From Octopus sinensis (lineage: Eukaryota): DNA of 64,000 nucleotides. The stretch lies in contig NW_021824832.1 of NCBI RefSeq assembly GCF_006345805.1, forward strand, positions 2,050 to 66,049, written 5' to 3'. Shown here in pieces: positions 52,337-64,000 of this stretch. The translations under genes were made by a program, and so were the position numbers. The notes below the pieces were generated by a model that worked only from the letters and a program-made list of their open reading frames with translations, was not told where the DNA came from and made no database searches. The stretch's first letter is position 1. Every line of letters starts with the position of its first letter.

Positions 52337-54217
52337 GATTTGGCTGAATTTGATGGGTGAGCGTGTTGGCCCAATCAAGTGCGCATTGAGCCGTGTAAGC
52401 GTTGATTTGTGGGTTCGATTCTGGCCTGGGATAGCTCGTCATTTTTCAATCAATCGTTTAGATAAATGTCGCTTTAAGTCGGAGTATATATATTATTATT
52501 ATTAGGATATATTATTAATTGTATAATTATATATATATATATATGAAATCTTTTGTAGTACAAAAGGAAATAAGACATCAAACATAGACCTATTTGCCAT
52601 TATGCTTAGTCTGAGACAATATGAGGAAAGTTTTGGGAACGTATACTATATATCCTGTCAATATCATATTTTGTGATCCGAAGAAAAATGCTGAAATATC
52701 CTTACATAGAGATATGCACACATGAAGATTCACAAAATGTATTTGTGCAGCCTTATGCGTATGCATATGTGTGCATTGACATACACACACAAGCAAATAC
52801 GTGCACATATTTTAATGCAGTAATACTGCAGAGTGTACAGGGCGAAATTGCAAATAATTTGTACCACATGGCGAATCGTATATTTTTAAGGGTTCGCAAA
52901 AATATACTATTATAAAATGAATTGGATTTCGGGAAATTATTCTCTTTCGAAGGTAACCTGATAGCGCTTACTGCACATGCCAGGGTATTTTATCGCACCG
53001 ACTTCCATTCGCAGCATGCTATTCGAACGGAAACAAAGAGCAACTATAAGCCTCACGATTTATAATTATATGTACATCCAAATATTCACCCGTGTCCCAG
53101 TATAACCGCAGTCTCATGTCTGAGACATCATATAAGATATCCACTCTAGGAGGCCAAAATAAAACAAATACTATAAAAGTCTTCGATAACTAGTGAATAT
53201 GTAATGTAAAACGCCTTGAACATCAGAATCACATCGTATATCCGATAAATCGTTGACACATTAGAAAATAACGCTAAACTGCAAGGGCATTTGCCCAACA
53301 GAGATCAGAAAATTTGCCAAAACCTTCCATAATCTAGACCTCGTATTAAGGAATTGCTGATGCTTTGAGAAGCACTTATTATGCAACGGCGAAACAACAT
53401 CAACCGATTTGAACCATATATAAGCATACGCATATTATAATAATTTATTCTTGACTTTTTCCATCGATGCCCTTTCAGCTGTCATATTTTCTCCCCTTAT
53501 CACTCACTAGTTTTATATATTTCCCTAAATATGCCAAACACTCTAATCGCCACAGTTTGATCTCACTAATGACAACTAAACTCCATTAAACATAAATATA
53601 TTTTCGGTCAGCTTAAATTTCAGATATATGCCTAGATTTTTCCATCGAGTTCAATACTACACCAGAAACGTTTGAAGAAAGCTATCATACAATTAATCCA
53701 ATGTTTTCTGTACCTTACGGAATTAAGCATGGCCCGATTATCGTGATTGTGAAATCAGTCGCTGCAGTTTTATAATTAAACTCACGTTCTTCACATGTAA
53801 AATATACTTTTTCCATGAAAAATAAATTGAAAGTTGTGTTTGTGTGTCTTTATGATATGCACTCACACACACACACACACACGCAAATGTATTATAAAAG
53901 CGTTCATAAATGTGTGGGTCTATGTTTACTGGCTTCGTATCCACTTCTGTACGAATCTGCCAGTGTTTGTGTGTAGCGTAATGTGTATCGTTTAAATATA
54001 TATTTATTAGCAAAAATTAACGAAAACACATAATAACATAAATATAACCTACAACGAAGGCAGCGGTAAAAAACAGGAGCAATTATGGATTATATTTTTT
54101 TAAAAATGATAAAATATAGAAAGCAAAGAACAATAAAACACGCAAAATAGTGGAAGGAGAAAAGAAGAAGGAAGAGGAAACGGAGGAGGAGTGGAGGAGG
54201 GGAGAGAAAGGGAAGAA

Positions 54218-54357
54218 GACGACGACGACGACGACGACGAAGAAGAAGAAGAAGAAGAAGAAGAAGAAGAAGAAGAAGAAGAAGAAGAAGAAGAAGAAGA
54301 AGAAGAAGAAGAAGAAGAAGAAGAAGAAGAAGAAGAAGAAGAAGAAGAAGAAGAAGA
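54218..54357 (+). repeat. (GAC)n(GAA)n microsatellite
   Basis: Direct reading. Confidence 0.95.
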
Positions 54358-55417
54358 CAGCAACAACATCGAGCATGTCAGACTGTATAAATTATATAAT
54401 GTGAGATAAGTGATATGGAATTGGGTTATCACATGTGCATATTTCTAAATTAACTGCCTGTTATCAGATTCTGTTGACATATCCTCAAGGTATATATATA
54501 CGCGTGTGCACTAGCGTATCTCATTAGTGAAGGATATATCTTTAGATAAGATATCATTTGGCTGAGCTGCTCACTTAATACTATCTCTCTCTCTCTCACT
54601 CTCCCTTTCCCTCTCTCTCTCTCTCTATCCCCTTGCATTTTTTTCTCTCCCTCCTCCCGTTATTTTCTCTGTCTCTCACTCTTCCTGGCTCTCTCATCGA
54701 CTCACTCGCGCGCTATAGGCTTTTTCGAACAACGAAAAAGATGTCTGTCCAGAAATATCTGCGTTTACATAAATTCTACTTCCTTTCGCAGTCCTCTTTT
54801 TCTTGTTCTCTCTCTCTCTTTCTTTTTTGATCTGTTGCCGCTGCTGCTGCTGCTGCTGCTGTTGTTGTTGTTGATGATAAGTTGCCTTCGTATTGCGTTT
54901 TATTCTCTTCTTGATCTTCTTATACTGTTGCACTAAATTTTTTAACGTTCTTGTGTTTAATTTAAAGGTTTACATGCGTGTACGTATGTGTAAGGGTAGA
55001 ATGCGTGTGAGGATGTATATGTACGCAGATGATCCTCCCCCCACCATATTTATGTAACAAGTAAAATTCGCAAGGCATTTTTTTTTATATTTGGTATGAA
55101 GTGTTGTTAATTTTTTTAATATTTTCTGTATCAGAGAATTATTATTCAATGTTATACACGGTTACATCATAAAATATGGATAGTTTGCAACATCTAGTGC
55201 ATGGGCTTGTTTGTTTGTGGATGCGTACATATAGACACGTTATGCGTGTATAGAGAGGACAGATAGGAATATGTGTGTAAATACACAGATATACAGAAAA
55301 CGAGAGAGAACGGCGAGAGAGACAGACAGAGACAAAGACACACTGAGAGAGATAAAGAGAGAGAAAGAGAGACAGAGACAGAGAATGAGGGACAGGGTGA
55401 GAGAGGTAGGATATAGC

Positions 55418-55501
<84 letters not shown>

Positions 55502-55879
55502 GTGAGAGAGAGAGAGAGGTTAACAGACATATAAAAGAATAGTCTTATGACGTAAAATAACTATCAACAAGAATATATATTTTGGAAATGAAGAAGATTT
55601 ATAACGTTGCAAAAAAAAAATAGCTACTGCAAAACATTCCATAAATGTGCAACAGACAATGACATAGTGAATATAGATTAAGCAACGTATATTAACGCTA
55701 CATATATAAATATATAGCAGACAACGGTGTGAATCTACACATATGCGCGCGTGCACACAATCATACACATACCCACATGCATACATTTGGGACAGATAAG
55801 CCAATATATGTACCATCAATAGAGGTTAGCTGCCTTGCTGATGTAAATATCTCTTCGAAAATCAAAGAGCTTCAAGATT

Positions 55880-56088
55880 ATCATCAGCATCAACATTAAG
55901 ATCAGCTTAACTGACACAACCGTTCGTTGGGGTACCACTCGAGACGCTTTCATAGTTAGCTGGCGCCACTGGTCTCCGTTCTCTGTCATGCGTAACAAGT
56001 TTGCTGTGTTGTGACCTGTCCAGTCTTCGACGTTATCAAACCAGGAATTTCTCTGTCTGCCTTACTTTCGCCCTCTCTCAACAGCGCC
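55880..56088 (-). mobile_element. RTE-clade LINE 3' end
   Basis: GAVERGRK*GRQRNSWFDNVEDWTG..LLRMTENGDQWRQL..VPQR matches the RTE C-terminus; degenerate (GAT)n tail follows. Confidence 0.72.
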
Positions 56089-56628
56089 ATGTTATAAATT
56101 CACATTTAAACTAATAATAATTGTTGCACATAGTTTTTGTGAATAAATGCCAGAGTAATATTGCCTAAGGTTTTCAGGAGAGAACCCAAACGGCTAACAT
56201 GCACATGACAAATTCAATCTTTAAGCGGAACAATAAAAATATATAACCCATGTCTAAGTTCGAATATGGCATTGTTTCTATTATATACATTTTAGCGCTG
56301 GAGGTTTATATCTTTGTAAACCAGCTCCCTCCTTGCAAGAAGAAATCAAACAATTATATACATATTTTAATTAGGAGCTATAAAACTTATTTAGAGGTTA
56401 ATTATGCAATACTGTACGCTTCAAGAAATATGAACAACACGTCTATATATGCAACATATTTGTGGTCAGAATAAGAACGAATAGATAGATGTGCACATTT
56501 CTGTCTTGTTCGTGAAATCATTTGCAAATTCACGTCATTTCTGAATATTCACGACCACACTAAATACAAAACTTCTGGTACCAAAGCATAAATTAAATTA
56601 CGTAGACCAATTAAATTACATAAACCTG

Positions 56629-57043
56629 GCGCAGGCGTGGCTGTGTGGTAAGAAGATTGCTTCCCAACCATATGGTTCCGGTTTCAGTCCCACTACGTGA
56701 AACCACGGGCAAGTGACTTCAGCTCAGGCCTCAGGCCGACCAAAGCCTTGTGAGGGGATTTTGGTAGACGAAAAGCCCGTCGTATATATGTGTATATATA
56801 TATACACACACACACATATATTCTTGTATATGTGTGTGTCTGTGTTTGTCCCTCCACCATCACTTGACAACAGATTTTGGTGTGTTTACGCCCCCGTTAG
56901 TTAATGGTTTGGCCAAATATTTGATAAAATTAGTACCAGGCTTAACAAATAAGTCCTAGGGTCAATTTGTTCAAACAAAACCCTTCAAGGTGGTGCTCCA
57001 GCATGGTTGTAGTCAAATGAGTGAAATGGGTAAAAGCATAAAG
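56629..57043 (+). mobile_element. SINE family B, full copy
   Basis: gcgcaggcgtggctgtgtggtaagaag..ggttccggtttcagtccc head. Confidence 0.87.
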
Positions 57044-57053
57044 TCGGAGTCGG

Positions 57054-57398
57054 AGACCCCCTTCGGTCACGGATGGTAATGGGGTTGCACATAGAATGTT
57101 ACTCTCCCAGTTACTCAACCTTGCCCAGTCCGGGCAAAGTTGTTTATGGAAGACCAGCAGTTGCCCATGCATACCAGCCTCCCCTCTCCATGCCACCAGT
57201 GTTATCCAAGGGAAAGACAAAGGTCGATACAGCTTGGCACAAGTGACGTTGCAACTCATTTCTACAGCTGAGTGAACTGGAGCAACGTGAAATAAGTGTC
57301 TTGCTCAAGAACACAACACGCAGCTCGGTCCGGGATTCGAGCTCACAACCTCACGATCGTAAGCTCGACGCTCTAACCACTGAGCCATGTGCCTTCAC
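57054..57398 (-). mobile_element. SINE family C
   Basis: Colinear with 11983-12314. Confidence 0.87.
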
Positions 57399-57798
57399 AT
57401 GTTAGTGGTAGAAGAGATGTAATTCGAGCGATTTTATTATGATTGAAATTAACGTAAATGATAAGTATTGATTTTTAAAATTCTAATTTTAACTAGTGTA
57501 TTGACATTGTATACGATTAGAAGAAAACTTTGCACCTTCTAAGTAGGTTTTGAGGAAACAAAGAGGAAGATTAATTCCTCAATAATCGTTTATATGAAGG
57601 AGAAGCATGACAATTAAACAGAAGTAATTATATATTTATATAATAATGCCCAGCTATTGTTTTGAGGGGACAGTTCTAGTGATACGTTAGCTATTAATTA
57701 ATAGTTGTTAATGACACAAATTATTAGAAAGTATTCATTCAGATTCTATAACTATGATACATATAGATACGGATATATATATACATATATATATATAT

Positions 57799-57917
<119 letters not shown>

Positions 57918-58209
57918 TCTTCATAGATATACATATACCCGTACACAGGTATTCGTAGAGACGCATATGTGTAAGGTTGTGCGCGTTTCTGATATTATAT
58001 CATTTCAATACTGAAGTAATTATTCAAGAATAAGCTTTATCATTGTTTAAAGGACAAGGAATTTGGATAGCAAGGATCGTTAGTACGTTAGACAGAAAAA
58101 TTTAGAGTGGTTGTTCTGCTCTTTAAACTCTGTGTTCAAGTCTCGACGTGATCATCTTCTCTTTCATTCTTCCGGGTCAGTATTACCAGACAATTATTGG
58201 TAAGAAATG

Positions 58210-58450
58210 ACCATTATACCTTACAAACGGTAAAATCATCAGGTACGATGTGAAGCGCAGCGGTTTTCTTGCATCAACTTGTAATGCATCTAATCTTCTG
58301 GGCGTATTGGTTGGTCCAAGCATTTCGAGAAACACATTCTCACTCAAGCGATCCAACAGCAGAACGAGGGATAAAGTCCTGATTTACGCTCCAGTAGTAC
58401 AAACGTATTTGGTGCTACGCCATCCATGGCTCATTTGTCGTGATTCATAG
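58210..58450 (+). mobile_element. Possible decayed Jockey/I-group LINE RT C-terminal fragment
   Basis: RTRDKVLIYAPVVQTYLVLRHPW loosely resembles K.LIY...RP.L.Y..P.W. Confidence 0.3.
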
Positions 58451-58502
58451 CTCTTTCAAGTAATACATACTGCCAGAGTAGCTAAATTTTTTTATTAATT
58501 TG

Positions 58503-58559
<57 letters not shown>

Positions 58560-59529
58560 AGATTAGAGAAAAACCACTATGTAATTCAAACAATGATAGA
58601 CATAAACCATATCATATAGAAAAAATAAAACATATAAAACGTATAACTAGATCACAAAAAATACAAAAAAATAAATAAACAATATATAATAAGTAAAAGA
58701 CTACGTACGTTTCGTGGCTATAACTTCAATTCGAATGACAATTAAATTTAAATATAATCGAAAAACAATTCAATTCTACTTATATATTGTTTAGTAATTT
58801 GTTCAAACCTCTAAGCCACACACCTTCACTTCCTTGGGCAAATAATTTGAAGAAAAATTAGCATTATCTCTCTATAGTATCCTGGAGGGAGGCAAATGTC
58901 AGAACAAAAACCTCAATGTATATTCAACGCTACTGTTATAAACTTAGCATATCCGTCATGCTGGATTTTATTCTATCTATACCGAAAGGATTGGTTGTAA
59001 ATTTGTTCTAGGTGGGATTTTAAGTCAAAGCGCGTGGAAAAGGAACAAACAGCAATAGGCATTCGATCCAAAGTGCCATCAAAAATCAATATCGCCGACA
59101 GCTCTCGAAATGAAATCTCAAAACGTCAGTAAGGAAATGTTAAATGCAACAAAAAGGAAACACTTAAGAACAAACCATTTTCGATAAATATTAACATTTG
59201 AATTTTCCACATGAATTTATAAATTTTTACATAATTGTACTTTTTCTCCCTCACAATTGTGTTGGTTTAATCTGTTTAATTACATAGGCATGTAGATATA
59301 TAAAACACACACATACGCACACACACACACACCACACACACACATACATAGACATACACACACACACACACATATAGAGAGATGGATGGATAGATATATA
59401 AATACATATGAGTGTGTATGTGTGTGTACATGTGTGTATGTTTCTATATATGTATCTATGTACCTATCTATCTCCATATATATATATATATGTGTGTGTG
59501 TGTATGTGTATACATATATATATACATAT

Positions 59530-59585
<56 letters not shown>

Positions 59586-60814
59586 ATCTTATGTCATGGT
59601 AGGGTAATGACTCATTAAATATGTGTTAAAGAATTTCCTTTTCTTATTGGGATTATATATATATGTATATGTATGAAGGTATGAATATAAGTGTATGCAT
59701 GCACGCTTGCATGTATGTATGTATGTTTTTATGTACGTGTATATGTATGTACATATATATGTATTTCATGCACGCACGTATGTAAATACGCATTTATGTA
59801 TTCACAACATAAATCCAATTTATAATGAAACTTAACCTACTGCTGAGTTGACCTTCCCGCACTTAGACATCATCCATCCTCTTGTAACAATAGGTAATGA
59901 AGAATCCTTATAAATTCTCCCTTTAAATAATATATTCATGCATATTTCTACAATATTATTGGAAATAAAGTCCTTAGCAAATTACATGCTTCTTAAGATG
60001 GGAATAACCATCTCAATTAATAGCTATTGAATCTCAGTAACATCACTTCCAAAACAATCATTTAATATTATTATATTGAAATATTAAATAGGGATAATTA
60101 TGCATGTATATAATAATACTAAATAATTATCCGTACGATCAGTAATCTTTTTCATGATTCTGTGGCATCAAAATCAACGCATTACGCACATTTTTTTAAA
60201 TTTTTAATCGTAGATGTAAACAGTCTCGTTAAAATTTGGATGTCTTAAATCCTAGTCATTCCGTTTTTTTTTTCTTTTTACTTTGGATTCATTCATAACA
60301 TCATTTGTAATATTACTTGACTAATTCCAATCTCAATATTAAATTAAAAGGCATTCATTCATTATTTACTTATACGTACCAAGTCACTTGCGCTGCATCT
60401 ATTCGAGTAACATACCTTTCAACGGTCTAAATTTCAGAGAAACGAAATTACCTGGAAGGCTATAGTTGTTTATGTACACTAGTGAACTTAGCTGATACTT
60501 TATTTGAACGACTCAAGAATAATGAAAGACGGGATTAAATTCGGCAGCGTTTTAGCTTGTTTTAAACTGCCGCGATTAAACATCACATAAAAATTTTGTT
60601 CGATACACCGTACATTAGCTGTCTAATATTATAAAACACTACGGACCTACGAACATACTAAGACTCCAGAAATTCCCAAAGCAATAAATATGAAGACATA
60701 ATTTTGTATATATTCCATCCATCAAATTTATTTTTAATTCTTAAATTTTGGTAAGATTTTTATAACATTTTCGCTTTCTTCTTAAGCTGTTTGCTGTGGC
60801 TCTTCGAGGTGAGT

Positions 60815-61046
60815 TTCTTATTTCTTTACTGCCAAAGGTCTACACACAGAGGGAATAAACAAAGACAGACAAACGGATTAAGTCGATTATATCCACCCCA
60901 ATGCATAACTGGTACTTATTTAATCGATCCCGAAAGGATTAATGACAAAGTCGACCTCGGCGGAATTTGAACTCAGAACGTAGCGGCAACGAAATCCCAC
61001 TAAGCATTTCGCCCGGCGTGCTAACGTTTCTGCCAGCTCACCGCCT
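60815..61046 (-). mobile_element. SINE family A, full copy
   Basis: High similarity to 7411-7643. Confidence 0.87.
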
Positions 61047-61334
61047 TGTTATTGCTGCTTTCTTCTTCTTTTCTTCTTCTTCTTCTTCTTCTTCTTCTTC
61101 TTCTTCTTCTTCTTCTTCTTCTTCTTCTTCTTCTTCTTCAATTAGGACTCACGCCATTAGCCACAAAGAATAATCTCTAATTCGAGCCTACTCTAAGCTA
61201 AGAATGCGTGTGGCAACTTGAAGATCCACCCACCACACGTGATAGACTGGCGATTGTACGGCCGCGAAAGCTACGTTGTTATCCTCATTCCGTAAACAGT
61301 GGATTTTAACGGGTGGAGAGTTGAACCGCCGAGG

Positions 61335-61449
61335 CCTCGTAGAGCTCAGGTGTTTTTGTTCAATAAACACTCCCGGTCTGGGAATCGAAATCGCGTTCTT
61401 ACGACCGCGAGTCTCCTGCCCTAAACATTGGGCCATTAGTCCTCCACAG
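61335..61449 (-). mobile_element. SINE family D head with a non-D downstream body
   Basis: Matches the family D head through gagctctacgagg, then diverges. Confidence 0.7.
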
Positions 61450-62468
61450 CCTGCTGCAGTTGCCACCGCTGCCTCTTCAGGGGTTGTTGTTGCTGATATT
61501 CCTGCTCATGCTGTGCTACTGTTCTGGTGTTGTTCTGGTCTTTTAGAACCAACGTAGACTATGTAGGCAAGATTTTACGATAAAAACATATCCACCATAT
61601 TACTTTCAAAGCATATCTTTTAAAACAGGTTAATGTGATAAATTATCAAATGTTCCGCATTAAAACAATACAGTAGGGTTTGATTACGCTGCTACTGTAT
61701 CTAACAAGTCAAGTAACCACGAACAGAATATCTCGTCGGCTCATTGTCATCATTATTGCTATATTTTGTCTCTTTAATTATAGTTACAAAATATGATATT
61801 TTGTTATAAGACTGCTTCAATATTCACCACCAATATCCGATTAGTTAATTAGTTACTTGTTTAACTATAAAATAAGAAGTGAAATAGAACCAGTGGATGT
61901 GTTTCTGTTAACACAATGAACGTCCCAAGATAAAAAAAAATTGTTTTAGAAAAATGAAATATATTTTCAGAATGGAGACAATTTATAGATACCAAAAAAT
62001 AAATAAACAATATTATATAATACGAATCTATTATTATAAACAGCGAACTGGCGCTCAAGGCAGCCACTGTGATGTGTACTAATGTCTCGTTCAACATCGC
62101 TGATTGCTTACTGACCAACAATTCTGAAACTTCTTCGACTTTTCCGGAAAGTTTGTTAAAGATTAAAGGACCTAATTCTTCATTCGGTTCCAAAAATACT
62201 ACAATTTCTGTTTGCAACAGAATTATGCAAAGGAATTAGAGGAACACAATTAAATGTTATTTATTAAGCGTGAAGAATGGAGATGACTGGAACCAGAATA
62301 TGGTACACTATGGCGCTATGAACAATTTCTTATTTTTGTTGAGTGTTTTTTTTTTATTTTCTACATTCTTTTATTCATTCTTTTGTTAGACACCCATATC
62401 GAAATAGTTTTATTGCTGTCCACTGCATATGTAATAGTTCTCTTATATATATATATATATATATATAT

Positions 62469-62504
<36 letters not shown>

Positions 62505-62508
62505 TATG

Positions 62509-62541
<33 letters not shown>

Positions 62542-62663
62542 ATATACACCATACACATATACTATATCATATATATCAGTAAAAGCACGTATGTGTATAT
62601 AATATGAATATATACACACAAATGCTGTCTATTGTCTACAGCGTGTGTAAGAATTATATATAG

Positions 62664-62708
<45 letters not shown>

Positions 62709-63325
62709 AATATATGTATATATATATATATTATTATATATATATATAATATAATGTATATGCATATGTATATATATATATGTATATATGAATATATTAT
62801 ATATATACATGCATATATATAATATATTATATATATACACATACTATATATATATATATATATATATGCATACATACATACTTACACAGACATTTCCATA
62901 CTTAAAAGCACATTCGTACACATATGCAGTCTGTGTGATTATGAAAGAAACAAACAAAAAGAGAGATAAAAGAAATTGGGGGTAGATGCGTCTGTGAGCG
63001 CGCGCGTATGTGTGTATATGTGTGCGTGTAAGTGTGTGAGTGTGTGGTTGTGTGTGTACGTCTGTCGGTATGTGTGCATTTACGTACATTCTTGCATTTC
63101 TGCAGATAAGTTGAACAAACTTGAGTCAATGTATCGTAGAAAACGTTACGCTTCAGTTCCAGAGATATCTGCAAATGAAGACAGAATGGAAATAGATGAA
63201 AAGACAGACGAAGAAGAAAAAGTTAGATGCAGTGGGTGGTTAAAAGATACATACATATATGAGTGTGTGTGTGTGTGTTTGTGTCTATACAAATATATGT
63301 GAGTGTGTGTATGCATGTATGTATG

Positions 63326-63367
<42 letters not shown>

Positions 63368-63420
63368 GAATTGTGAGTATTGCATTGTATATATATGTAA
63401 TATATATATACATATATATA

Positions 63421-63482
<62 letters not shown>

Positions 63483-63768
63483 TATGTGAGAGAGGGGAGA
63501 TATAATAAATTGGAAAGGAAGCGATAATAGTTACTGGGAGGAAATGCCTGGGGGTGTGGGAGGAGGTAGAGAATAATAAGAGAAGAAGAATGAGCAGTTG
63601 AAACAGGCCGTGGTTCCAACGAGAGAAACAGATACTTTTAAGCTTATATCTTTCAAATATGCAGTCTATAACATTCATGTTTACACATACACACAAACAT
63701 ACACACGTTGATATCTGAACTTTTGTGTGTATGTTGTGAATACGCAATATACGTCAGGAAAGCCTCGT

Positions 63769-63806
<38 letters not shown>

Positions 63807-64000
63807 TCTATATATATTATATATATATACATTATATATATATATATACTATACAATATAATTATATATATATATAATATATATATATATATAATATATA
63901 TATATATATTATACAGTATATATATATACATATATATATATGATATATGTATATTATATATATATATATCGTGTAAATTCAAATAAGCATACACAATCTT

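Noticed and set aside
52340-52440. tRNA-like string with GGTTCGATTC box
   Set aside because: Stems do not pair well enough to call a tRNA; at most a very old SINE head.

Overview
AT-rich, microsatellite-saturated eukaryotic intergenic/intronic DNA. The SINE families and TA/CA/GATA/AAT repeat load suggest a coleoid cephalopod (Octopus-like) genome; this is inference. No host protein-coding gene could be supported; almost all ORFs in the supplied track are translations of simple repeats. The window holds: (1) a GC-rich, 5'-truncated Tx1/L1-clade LINE (1246-4196, minus; RT and CCHC domains) and a second 3'-only copy (4389-4610), both embedded in (GATA)n; (2) four tRNA-headed SINE families, the most abundant sharing its last ~41 nt with that LINE; (3) RLE-type LINE relics (two R4/Dong-like, one CRE-like) plus RTE and Penelope RT relics; (4) mariner and DD37D/maT relics, a MITE and a non-autonomous Helitron; (5) hammerhead-ribozyme-like motifs with palindromic helix III, two of them in inverted-repeat elements. 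Best leads: an apparent GATA-targeting Tx1 LINE with a partner SINE, and the hammerhead-bearing fold-back elements. All alignments were done by eye; ancient relic boundaries are approximate.
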